From the IMG/VR virus record IMGVR_UViG_3300032299_000826, positions 1-29,001 of that record: DNA of 29,001 nucleotides, one strand, 5' to 3'. The translations under genes were made by a program, and so were the position numbers. Numbering within the stretch: the stretch's first letter is position 1; each line of letters begins with the position of its first letter. Positions 9,101 to 17,908 of the stretch are shown here, piece after piece. The stretch comes from a virus (lineage: Duplodnaviria > Caudoviricetes). The notes beneath the pieces are model-generated. The model searched no databases, was not told the DNA's origin, and saw nothing but the letters and a program-made list of their open reading frames with translations.

Positions 9101-12100
9101 ATTACTAATAGGACCAACATTTAAACCTTCATTAACTGCCGTTTGAATTTCAGTATTTGTATATCCTGTTATTAAATCTTGTCCAGCAATTAAGTAATAA
9201 ACATCGTTCATTAATTTTGGATAAAATCCAAGATTCATTATTGATATTGTATTTCCACCAACAGTATTGTTTAATTGACCAACAATATTAAAGTTTTCAT
9301 TTTTTTGATTTTTAAAATTATATTGAGTTTCTAATGAATTTGTAGTTGGATTATATAAATTAGGTGCGTTCACATTTGTCCACACAGAATCTAAAATATC
9401 CACATTTGTTTCAATATATGTTTTATATCTATGCCAAATAGAACCATATCTTAATATCCAAGAATATGGTAATCTATGAACACCACCAAATTTTGTTAGT
9501 GTTGTAAATATATAATCCAAATATGTTGTATTATTTGAATCTAATGAAAAATATCTTTCACTTACATTTGATAACGGTAATGAATTTAAGAAAAGATATG
9601 CAGATTTAATATATGGTGATGTAACACCATCACTTCTATCAGCTTGTACATCTTGTTGTAAAGCATTAATGAAGAACGGTGTGTTTAACATTGATACCGT
9701 CTGATTAAAAACAACATTTCCTGTCTTAGCACTATAATCTAAAGGACCTTCAGTTGGGAGATATAATTCTTCTACCCTTCTTGTCGCGTAAAAATTATTA
9801 AAAGTTGTTGTTACTGCAGGTGTTTGCGATGTTAAAAATGAACCATCAACAAAAGGTTTGTTTTGGTTATTATCAGTAACCCCAACTTGATAGTTTGTAA
9901 TATATTTCTTTGTAATATTAAGATATAAACTATTTTTTGTTGTATATCTGTCGGACTTAACTTGTTTAATATTCGCCAAATGTTGTTTAGACCACGTATC
10001 ACTTCTAAATGGATACACATCCATAATGTCTGTTGTTGTGGACTTTGTTGATTTAACATATTCATCAATGTTTTTTAACGATTCAACACTTTTTTCAGTT
10101 GATGTTGAGGATGCAGTTATTAAACTATCTTCTAAAATATCATAATCTTTTGTTGTAATCGTTCTCAAATATTCTGAAGTAAAAATACCTCTAATAAGTT
10201 GTTGCCAACTTGTACCAGTACCATCATTTGATATTTGTCTTAAAACACCCAAATAATTGTTTGGTGTAAAAGCAATATTTTTAAGAGTTTTAGTTAACGC
10301 AGGACTTGTTCCTGTTAAGGCTTGTCTAATATTAGTAACTTCTAAATCTGATAAAGTATTATAGACCGATAATGATGTTGCTCCCGATGTTGATATTCTA
10401 TCCCAATATGTTGCTAATAATAACCTTTCGTAAATTTCATATAAAAACTTAACGGTATCATAGTCAGTATATGGTATATTTGTTGTTGGGAATTCAACAG
10501 CGTTTACCGTGATTTTATTTACTGTACGTCCTTCGTTATTATCACCTGAAGGACCAGTGTCAGGGCTTGAACGTTGAGCTAATCCTTTCATATATTCCTC
10601 AACAAATTCAACTTCAGGCCACACATCAAAATTATTCGCCTTTGTTCTTGAAATTTCTCTTGGGTCGCCAGGGTACCTTAACTCATATTGTTCTCCCTTA
10701 TCCGAATTTGTCTGAACATAATATTGTGGCCATGGATAAACAGGAATATTACTTAAATTTGGCGTATTTGTTGTTTGTGTTAGATTTTTAGAATCTGTGG
10801 TTGTATTTGATTTATCATCACCATAAACCGCAGCCTTTCTATATGGGTGTAATCTTTTTGACCAAGCATCAGAATGAACATCATCCATCAATCTATAAAA
10901 CGCTTCAATAGATGCGAATATCATAGCCATGATATTTCTCATAGTTGGTTTAAATCCTAAACCATTTGGACCTTCAATTTTTTTGGCTAAAAAAGCTGTA
11001 AGAGCCGTAACAATTTTTTCTTTTTGTTTTGATATCTCATCAAAAGTTTTTGATATTACATCCAAAAAATTACCAGGTCCTTCAAACACAAAGTTAAATG
11101 TTGGTTGGAATATTTGTTGATTTGGACCTTGTGTTTCTAATGGAGTAAAAAATAATATTGATTGTGTTTTTAAAATTTCTTCTTCACCATTTCTTGGTTC
11201 TCTATTAGTTCTTGCGACAAACGTTTCGTACCAATTAATATCATCTATAGAAATTGACTTTCTAAACGTATCTTCGCTAACATACAATGTTGTTGAAGGG
11301 GATACTTTGATGTTTTTTACAACATTTATTTGTGAACCTTGTTTAACACCATCAATTGTAAAACTACCATTATCACCTAAAGTTTTATTTTTTGATAATT
11401 GAATTTCATACTCAGTAACAAGTTGTCTTAACTCATTATAAGCATTAATTCTTTTTTGACCATCGTCCCTTGTTTCTTTATTATAAATCCAAGTTTTAAC
11501 ACCTGTTTGATTATTAGCCTTTGTTGACTTTAAAACAAATGGTAAACTAACATCAATATATTTTTTAAACCAACTATCCTCAACGGGTGATGAAATATCA
11601 TCACTAAATTTGGTTACTAATTTAAAATATGTGTCAACATCAGATAGTGGTGTAAAATCCGCTTGACCAAAACTTTCAATCAAAAACTTTTCAAGCCCTT
11701 CTAATCTTGCTCTTAATTCAGGAAACGAAAGTTCAGGTAATGTTGGTGAAATTAATTGGTCCGCTTTATATCTGGCATAAACTTCTTTAATTTTTTGATA
11801 ACCTCTTGTTGTTCTTACGTTTGAAGTAACGGTTGTCGCATTTTGTTGACCACCACTATTACCAATTACAACAGAATTTTGTGCCGCGTTTAAAGCTCCC
11901 GTTTGTGGCGCTGTTGCATTTATTTTAAAATCAGATGTATACATAAATGGAACCGCAAATAATGCACCCACTTGTGTTTCGGCCAATACTGTATATTTGT
12001 AAGAATAAAAATTAAGATTAATTCTATAGTTTCCAGTATTACCATCAAAAGCCGCTGAAAATTTTGTAAGAATTAATTGATATCTAATTGCTTTACCGTA

Positions 12101-12697
12101 ATAACCTTTTAACGTTAAATAAAATGTTGGGTATGGTAAGTTAAAAAATGCCGCATATTCAGAATTTTCACCTTTTTCAAATAACGCTCTTCCTTGTGTA
12201 TCAATCAATGTCATTTCAACACTTGGTGTTGCGCTTCTATTATTTTTAACTCTAATAGATTCAATACCCAATAATCCAGTGTCTTGTGAATTTATTGTAT
12301 TTTGTTTAAGATAAAACTCATCAGTTTTATTTTGTTGGCTAACATTTGTAATACTTGGTTGATTGGTTCCTTTTCCATTACTTGTATTTAAACCTGTAAT
12401 TTCATCAAGATAAGCATTTGTAAGTAATGTTTTACCACCAGGTCTTAAAAAATTCATAGATGCGATTGGTACATTTTGAATAGCGTCTGATATTGGTGCA
12501 CCAACAGCAAGTTTTGTTCTTGGAAAAACATTTGTCGCTTCCAAGTTTGCGTACATAACTAAATTTTCATGATGAATTTGTCTTTCTCGGGCAACACCAT
12601 TTAAATCAACGGTCTTGTTTGGGTCAACTAAAAAAACATTTTGATAATCAAAGTCTACGAATATGTTATCACCACCATTTATATTGTTATCTGCCAT
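6188..12697 (-). CDS. Giant baseplate hub-like protein (gp27 / Mu gp44 / P2 gpD-like ends with very large insertions)
   Basis: N-terminal LGIESIRV...PSVEMTLID...PYPTFYLTLKGYYG and C-terminal CRVESMGNAMIQP...GPYMIQSVEHSIDAGQFRTFFTG resemble hub beta-barrel halves. Follows the LysM-like wedge gene as in contractile tail operons. Confidence 0.6.
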   Translation of the reverse strand: MADNNINGGDNIFVDFDYQNVFLVDPNKTVDLNGVARERQIHHENLVMYANLEATNVFPRTKLAVGAPISDAIQNVPIASMNFLRPGGKTLLTNAYLDEITGLNTSNGKGTNQPSITNVSQQNKTDEFYLKQNTINSQDTGLLGIESIRVKNNRSATPSVEMTLIDTQGRALFEKGENSEYAAFFNLPYPTFYLTLKGYYGKAIRYQLILTKFSAAFDGNTGNYRINLNFYSYKYTVLAETQVGALFAVPFMYTSDFKINATAPQTGALNAAQNSVVIGNSGGQQNATTVTSNVRTTRGYQKIKEVYARYKADQLISPTLPELSFPELRARLEGLEKFLIESFGQADFTPLSDVDTYFKLVTKFSDDISSPVEDSWFKKYIDVSLPFVLKSTKANNQTGVKTWIYNKETRDDGQKRINAYNELRQLVTEYEIQLSKNKTLGDNGSFTIDGVKQGSQINVVKNIKVSPSTTLYVSEDTFRKSISIDDINWYETFVARTNREPRNGEEEILKTQSILFFTPLETQGPNQQIFQPTFNFVFEGPGNFLDVISKTFDEISKQKEKIVTALTAFLAKKIEGPNGLGFKPTMRNIMAMIFASIEAFYRLMDDVHSDAWSKRLHPYRKAAVYGDDKSNTTTDSKNLTQTTNTPNLSNIPVYPWPQYYVQTNSDKGEQYELRYPGDPREISRTKANNFDVWPEVEFVEEYMKGLAQRSSPDTGPSGDNNEGRTVNKITVNAVEFPTTNIPYTDYDTVKFLYEIYERLLLATYWDRISTSGATSLSVYNTLSDLEVTNIRQALTGTSPALTKTLKNIAFTPNNYLGVLRQISNDGTGTSWQQLIRGIFTSEYLRTITTKDYDILEDSLITASSTSTEKSVESLKNIDEYVKSTKSTTTDIMDVYPFRSDTWSKQHLANIKQVKSDRYTTKNSLYLNITKKYITNYQVGVTDNNQNKPFVDGSFLTSQTPAVTTTFNNFYATRRVEELYLPTEGPLDYSAKTGNVVFNQTVSMLNTPFFINALQQDVQADRSDGVTSPYIKSAYLFLNSLPLSNVSERYFSLDSNNTTYLDYIFTTLTKFGGVHRLPYSWILRYGSIWHRYKTYIETNVDILDSVWTNVNAPNLYNPTTNSLETQYNFKNQKNENFNIVGQLNNTVGGNTISIMNLGFYPKLMNDVYYLIAGQDLITGYTNTEIQTAVNEGLNVGPISNSAISLQNGFDPNNPNRSLNMNVWFSSFDTKNSTKFKTYQQQKTILIPSFSTNYNQISSECFTQSTTGNTLTLTQEVFNNSAVYNGSARTFWTAPNYGYFELQSITKPNYNEYFKQIFTGDSKQNAVKFGQTYTKIEDIFGTFKKDILDSFENEFLNFTKSYNDLSAEQISGSTFVNRNFQSIMGEMLTIQYVDNTQSYDNYVTTCNNLQRTKISETINSFMNYNIAFKYGNPSNFDRKLFGSFTTLPEFKVVDPYTYKPYVQNTLPTDAGTLTLSQSVSLNPDAWKAMYTNVGFATQSGMIYSNNGSYYTDFFPTMNVEFTQANVVNFAPLIKIFGTQKLLNESSTTIYSRGNFTTSINEYYQNKNIFLNNTLTQLFSTLQKELPNVEQTNEKPILSAVDGVQTKIEFWETFKAFNDKWIAGGEYKDRTLFQDVLFLDRANRDIGDAVYVDIFKLKDFFSGTTSLNTRCIDFISRIIADNQFQMMPMPAYINFWGVGNVKQGETPNAEPTNDMANSLFGTFLDVDYRYASPKFVCYYAGKPSEHLDMRENPEYRWKTDAFDFAPARMPLIDKLQGKKDWAQSNRVVAFNVDFGTRNQSMFYSIQLDQNSAAATTEGNRVITDAANQAGGTRSNTQNVSLYNLYKTRSYECRVESMGNAMIQPTMYFNLRYVPMFRGPYMIQSVEHSIDAGQFRTFFTGIRMPLYSLPLIEQQIMTLNTSLLAELVQEVRRLKETATTTVQPAVNVITIGNSVQTNGKFTVSAPVECLKDIQDANVKYQKYTGVESTIQRLSYGDMATLLKENVSSIPTRAMIFYTSYLNGHDDNNFISFNFDLGGTPLGGLPSPQISYGGRETFFTKTFGCKTNKAGATQPVAVFTSFENSINFMENYYFNKQAGASKSLINIGTNKWVTKDDYVLSMVSTWLGWWPTKRFNSFQEEQTFYAKNTNVLPDLKKAAYEVVELMIKFNLVSF

Positions 12698-13007
12698 AAT
12701 AGAAGAAATAATTTTCTATACCATTTTTATAATCTTGTAATGAAGATATAAGTGGATATGGTATAGTCAATAAAGAATTGTTAGGTATATTCCATTCTAA
12801 CCCACCATACTCAGGATTGGCTTGCAAAATTAACCACCCAAAAAATGGTGTTCCATAAAATTGTTGGGATACCTTATCTAATCTACTATATCCAGTTCTG
12901 TAGATATATCTTTGGTCTGAAGTTTTACTTGGTAGTGGTACAAATGGAACTACGGTTTGTTCACCATTAATAAAAAATTGTTGGTATCGGTTATAATATG
13001 CATCCAT
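12687..13007 (-). CDS. LysM-like baseplate wedge protein (gp53 / P2 gpX-like)
   Basis: RLDKVSQQFYGTPFFGWLILQANP...IPNNSLLTIP pattern. TAATG stop/start coupling with the upstream gene. Confidence 0.75.
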   Translation of the reverse strand: MDAYYNRYQQFFINGEQTVVPFVPLPSKTSDQRYIYRTGYSRLDKVSQQFYGTPFFGWLILQANPEYGGLEWNIPNNSLLTIPYPLISSLQDYKNGIENYFFYYGR

Positions 13008-16000
13008 TAGTTAAATTTTCGTTTAAAGTTGTATGGGTTAAACTTACTATTATTATTCTTATTAGAATAGATAGTTTGAAGTGTTTTTTTATTGATTTCA
13101 GGTGCTGTTAAATCTTCAGCAAATACGGTAATTCTTTTTTGTGTTGACCCAAATGGTGGTGTATATTTAATATAGTTTTTAGCAACATCACCTGATTTAT
13201 AAATAGCCAATAAATCTGAACCAGCCTTATTGGCGTACGTCCATTGGAATCTTAATGAAGTACCACTAGTGTCGTAATAAAATAAAATAGCATTTGTTGT
13301 TGCTTGGTCTAAACCTTCCACCAAAGCTTTTAGGAATCCGTCTTTTAAATCTTTTTGTAATAAAGCTCTACTCATCAAGGTATATTCTCTTATTTTATAT
13401 TCGTTAGGATTTTGATAACCAAAATAATCAAATCCTTCTGTTGGTAATGTCCATGTTCCCGGTACTTTTGGTTTGTAACCATCAGTATTATATAGTTGAG
13501 CGTCTGTCAAACCTGATAAGAAAATATTATTACTATTTCCTATAGTAATATAATCATTTCTTAAAGATGTTAAACTATCAATTGTAGTTCCATTAATATC
13601 TTCAGGTGTTCCACTTATAGAATATAAAATTGAAATATTTTTTTGGTTTAATTTACCATCATATCCTGTCGTTGTTCCTGATGCAACAAAATTTAATCTA
13701 TCAATATTAAACACATAATTTTGTTGTGATTCAACTAATGTTGATAATGGCTCAGTTAAAGAATTTAAGAATGTTGTTTGATATGTTTTAACATAATTTG
13801 TATAATTCTTTTTAAACAATCTTTTTTGAGCATTTGTTATAATTGGGTTTGAAAATTCATAACTTGAGAAAATTATTAAGTCTTCACCATCAATGTCTTT
13901 TAATAATTCTTTAAACGCATCATCAACATATGTTTGTGTTTTTGCCGGTTTACCATATAAATTTACAGTTAAATTTGTAGACGAATTAAAACTACCTGTA
14001 TTATATGTTTGATTATTATCACCATAATTTAACATAGACAACACACCATAGTTATAGTTTGTTAAAACACTATCAAACATATTTAAAACACCATTATAAT
14101 ATGATTGAGTTTGTTCAACCATTTTATTCATAAATGGTGCATATGTTAAAGTACCTGTTTGACCACTTGCTGTTGTTCCAGTTGCCGTAAACACACCAAT
14201 TGTATTACCACCGTCTGTAGATATTTGAGTATCAACATTGGCAACACCTACAACAGGTTGTTGTTCTCTAATTGAATTAATAACTTGTTTATCAAGTTTA
14301 CTTGTATCTTCAGTAGCTTCAGCTCTTTCATCATACATTTCAGTATTTGCATAGTAATTGAATGATAATGCGTTCTGTAATGTATCAACAGGATTTGCAA
14401 GCCCTGAACCACCAACAAAGTTGAATCCCATATTAACCTCTACAATCATTGGTTGAAAACCAATACCTTCAGGATTAAAATCAAATGTTTGATATGTAAA
14501 ACCTAAACTTGTTGGAATTATCTTTGTATTGTAAAAATCACCAACACGTAAAACCAATACTGGTGGCGCCCCAAATGATGTGTTTAAAGCGTCATTATAT
14601 AGTTTATCACCATTGGGTCCAATTGTTGGGATTGTTTCACCAGGTCTCATACATTGTTGTAAGAAAGTTAAACGTGAGTTTAATCCTTCAGGTGTTGTTG
14701 AGTGAAACGCTGGTTGGAAATATTTTATTTTTTCTTTTATTGAATCATAAATGAATGGGTTTTCAGCCTTTAACACTTCAAAATAATCACACTCATTTAA
14801 AAGGTATCTTAATAATTTTTTAGATGCCCCTTTAAATAAAATCTCATCAGGTTGTGGTGAAACAACATTTGTTTGTGCCGGTTTTTTTGGTTCTTGATTA
14901 TTTCCTGTAGCCGCAATTGCTTCTTGTGATTCAGTATTGTTTGGTGCTGGTTGTGGTGCTGGTTGTTGAACAGTAATGTCTGATATAATAACTGCCCTAC
15001 AAGCCATGGCATTTGTTGAATAAATTTTATTGTTTCCTTTTAAATCTTGGTTACAATCAACAGAGCCAAACGCACTTGAGTTTCCTTTTGGATTTGCAAT
15101 TACAATATTTTCACCAACAGGTAATCCGTTTAATACCAATGAGTTACCAATAAATTCATTAACTGATTTTCCACCAGCAAATGTGTATGTTTTAAAGAAA
15201 TTTTCAACGGAACTTATTCTTCTTTGGGATAGTTTATTGTTATACTCTTCGGTGTTTGGTGATGATGCACTTCCTCGTAAAGTAAGGATAATTTTTTCAG
15301 CTTGTTTTTGACTCAATAAATCATAAATCTTTTCTACCAAAGTCTTCATTTGGGTATAGTTTTCATCAACAATATTTGTAAAGAAAGTTGATACTGTAGC
15401 CGCACTTGGCGCGTTTTGACTATATTTTGTTTTATTAGCCGATGATGTATAAACATCATATGTTGATTGATATGGTATTTCAGTTGTTGTGTTAGGATTT
15501 TGTTTTGGAATGTCATTGTCAAAATAAAATCCATATTCTTTATAACTTGACAATGTCTCCGTTACTGTCGCTTGTTGAGCAATTCCTACCTCTGTGGAAG
15601 TATTTTGAAAAACACTCTCAATATTTTCATTTGTCGCTTGTGGATTATTTGCAACTTCTTGCCAAGCTTGTAATTCTGTTAAGGGAATTGTATTGTATAT
15701 TTTTGCAAGTTCATATAAATCATATTTTTTACAACCAGCAAAGAATGAATCAACAATTGAATCAACTTTTTGTCTATCACCCTCATTGGCCAATACCTTA
15801 TTAACAATAACATTTAAAATTGATGGATGGTCAACAACCATCTTCCATTTCAATGTACCACTACGAGAAGTGTTTTTATAGGTATATACAGGTTCGGGTC
15901 TACCCAAGAATGTAGTTTCATTAAATGATGGTCTTGTATCCTCAGTAAATGATAAATCATATGGGGGGAACCACATAACTCTACCACCATTTGGTCCTTG

Positions 16001-17866
16001 TTCACAAACGGGTAAATCACTAACTCTATAACCAGGTCTATGTCCTGTTCTCCAAGCCAAGTTCTCAACTGAGAACATATATTTTTTTACCTTACCATTA
16101 ACAATACTATCACCACCTTTTTCAGGTGCAATGTTTAAGTTAAACGTTGAGTCAACAATAGAATATGAAAACTTACGAATATTTCCGTCTTTTTTCTGTA
16201 AACTATTAAAAGTATAATATGGTGTATCTTTTGTAAAAACACGACAATACTCAATACCCACGTTAGATTGTCCATCAGAATATCTGATAACTTGTGAACC
16301 TTTTGTTATTTCTTTATACCCGTCAAAGAATACTTTAGATGTTTGACTAATAGCATTACCTACGTGTCCAAATCTAGCACCTGAGTTTGGTTGTGAATCA
16401 ATTAATCTTTGAGTGTTGTCTAAAATTGAACCCGGTTTAAAGTCATAGTTTATTGACTCTGTTGCCGTTAATTGATTTGAAATTGATGCAAATGCTGGGT
16501 CTTCACCAGCGTAATCACCACCAGGTTTTTGATATTTACCAGCATTTGGTGCCCATTTACCACTAATCCATGTAAATCCACCGACAATACTACCATCATT
16601 TTCAAATGGTCTTCCCGCCAAACCAAATTTAAAGTCTTTATCTACTCCTTCATATTCTTTTCCTAATATATCAGGACCATAAACAGGCGCGTTAACTTGA
16701 CCACCAAAACTATCAATGGGTATTTGACCAGGTGGTGATGTTATATATCCCGGCTCTCTTTGTGGACTACCAACATAATATGTTCCCTCACTTGCGTTGT
16801 TTGCAAATGCTCCTGTAATGGCTTGACCTAAAGCGGATAAAATGCCCGTACCACCTGTGTTATATTGTGGACGGTATCTATTTGTAGATAAATTTTGAGT
16901 TAACTGGCCTCTTTGTCCTGAGCCAGTGTAGTCCAAAAACACTTGTGATGGTGATGTTGGTCTTGACCCAAATAATCCAAATAATCCACCACGTCTTCCG
17001 TTACCAGCGGCAGCTGCGGCTGAAGTTGCGGTACCAAAATCTCTTGCTTGATAATAACTACCTGGAATTGGTGAGAATGGAAATTGTACACCAGTTATTC
17101 TTTGGACAATGTCCATACCCTGTGATAGTAAATTACCACCTGATGTAATAGTCCAATCGGCAACAATTATAGGTCTTTTTCCCGCAATAACTTGTGATAA
17201 GTTAAATGGGTCAGAAAGACCTGATAAAATATTAACCCTACCTATTGTAGCGGCCCTTACATTTTGGTCAACTCTATATTGAAAAGATTGTTTTGCACCT
17301 TTGACACCTAATTTAGCGAGTTCCGAGTCATCACTAACAGGGCCATTATCACCTACGGGGTCTTCTTGTAATAAAACTGAAAATGGTGAATAAGATGATG
17401 GTCTAAAACTTGGTGGTCCCCAATATGTTGCGTTTTTTTGTACTTTAACAATATCACCTATTTCATAATAGGAGTATTGTCCTCCTGGCGAGTACACATT
17501 TTTAATGTATTGTCTCTTTTGAAATGATTCTGAATATACCTGTAATGCGTTGGTATATGGTGGAGTTGCACCATATGGACCTTGATTTGATGTTATTTGT
17601 AGAGTATTAATTAAACCATTAATATCTTTATTAAAACCACCTAAAGGTCCAAATACATTGTTAACATAAAGTTTGTCGGCAAATGGGTCGGAATCAATTA
17701 ATGCATCTGGTGAATCAATTACAGAATAATCATTTTGAACTAGTTCTCCTGAAGCAGGTTTTGAGGTTGAAGTGTAAACACCAGGTTTGTTATATGGAGT
17801 TAAGTTTCTTGTTAGTAACTTATCTCTTAATAATTTTGTCGCACTAAAAGTTAATTGACTTGGCAT
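13007..17866 (-). CDS. Giant baseplate / tube-initiator-like protein (gp48/gp54-like) with an internal OmpA-like domain
   Basis: FPPYDLSFTE...FLGRPEPVYTYKNTSRSGTLKW and PPVLVLRVGDFY...PMIVEVNMGFNFVGG tube-like halves flank FYFDND...GSASS...YNNKLSQRRISSV...GE...CRAV. Located directly after the tape measure gene. Confidence 0.65.
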   Translation of the reverse strand: MPSQLTFSATKLLRDKLLTRNLTPYNKPGVYTSTSKPASGELVQNDYSVIDSPDALIDSDPFADKLYVNNVFGPLGGFNKDINGLINTLQITSNQGPYGATPPYTNALQVYSESFQKRQYIKNVYSPGGQYSYYEIGDIVKVQKNATYWGPPSFRPSSYSPFSVLLQEDPVGDNGPVSDDSELAKLGVKGAKQSFQYRVDQNVRAATIGRVNILSGLSDPFNLSQVIAGKRPIIVADWTITSGGNLLSQGMDIVQRITGVQFPFSPIPGSYYQARDFGTATSAAAAAGNGRRGGLFGLFGSRPTSPSQVFLDYTGSGQRGQLTQNLSTNRYRPQYNTGGTGILSALGQAITGAFANNASEGTYYVGSPQREPGYITSPPGQIPIDSFGGQVNAPVYGPDILGKEYEGVDKDFKFGLAGRPFENDGSIVGGFTWISGKWAPNAGKYQKPGGDYAGEDPAFASISNQLTATESINYDFKPGSILDNTQRLIDSQPNSGARFGHVGNAISQTSKVFFDGYKEITKGSQVIRYSDGQSNVGIEYCRVFTKDTPYYTFNSLQKKDGNIRKFSYSIVDSTFNLNIAPEKGGDSIVNGKVKKYMFSVENLAWRTGHRPGYRVSDLPVCEQGPNGGRVMWFPPYDLSFTEDTRPSFNETTFLGRPEPVYTYKNTSRSGTLKWKMVVDHPSILNVIVNKVLANEGDRQKVDSIVDSFFAGCKKYDLYELAKIYNTIPLTELQAWQEVANNPQATNENIESVFQNTSTEVGIAQQATVTETLSSYKEYGFYFDNDIPKQNPNTTTEIPYQSTYDVYTSSANKTKYSQNAPSAATVSTFFTNIVDENYTQMKTLVEKIYDLLSQKQAEKIILTLRGSASSPNTEEYNNKLSQRRISSVENFFKTYTFAGGKSVNEFIGNSLVLNGLPVGENIVIANPKGNSSAFGSVDCNQDLKGNNKIYSTNAMACRAVIISDITVQQPAPQPAPNNTESQEAIAATGNNQEPKKPAQTNVVSPQPDEILFKGASKKLLRYLLNECDYFEVLKAENPFIYDSIKEKIKYFQPAFHSTTPEGLNSRLTFLQQCMRPGETIPTIGPNGDKLYNDALNTSFGAPPVLVLRVGDFYNTKIIPTSLGFTYQTFDFNPEGIGFQPMIVEVNMGFNFVGGSGLANPVDTLQNALSFNYYANTEMYDERAEATEDTSKLDKQVINSIREQQPVVGVANVDTQISTDGGNTIGVFTATGTTASGQTGTLTYAPFMNKMVEQTQSYYNGVLNMFDSVLTNYNYGVLSMLNYGDNNQTYNTGSFNSSTNLTVNLYGKPAKTQTYVDDAFKELLKDIDGEDLIIFSSYEFSNPIITNAQKRLFKKNYTNYVKTYQTTFLNSLTEPLSTLVESQQNYVFNIDRLNFVASGTTTGYDGKLNQKNISILYSISGTPEDINGTTIDSLTSLRNDYITIGNSNNIFLSGLTDAQLYNTDGYKPKVPGTWTLPTEGFDYFGYQNPNEYKIREYTLMSRALLQKDLKDGFLKALVEGLDQATTNAILFYYDTSGTSLRFQWTYANKAGSDLLAIYKSGDVAKNYIKYTPPFGSTQKRITVFAEDLTAPEINKKTLQTIYSNKNNNSKFNPYNFKRKFN

Positions 17867-17881
17867 TTTTATTGTTTCTTC

Positions 17882-17889
17882 TATAAATA
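17882..17889 (-). promoter_or_regulatory. TATTTATA upstream motif
   Basis: TATAAATA on + strand, 15 nt upstream of the ATG at 17866. Confidence 0.55.
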
Positions 17890-17908
17890 GAAGCTCATTT
17901 ATTTTTTA

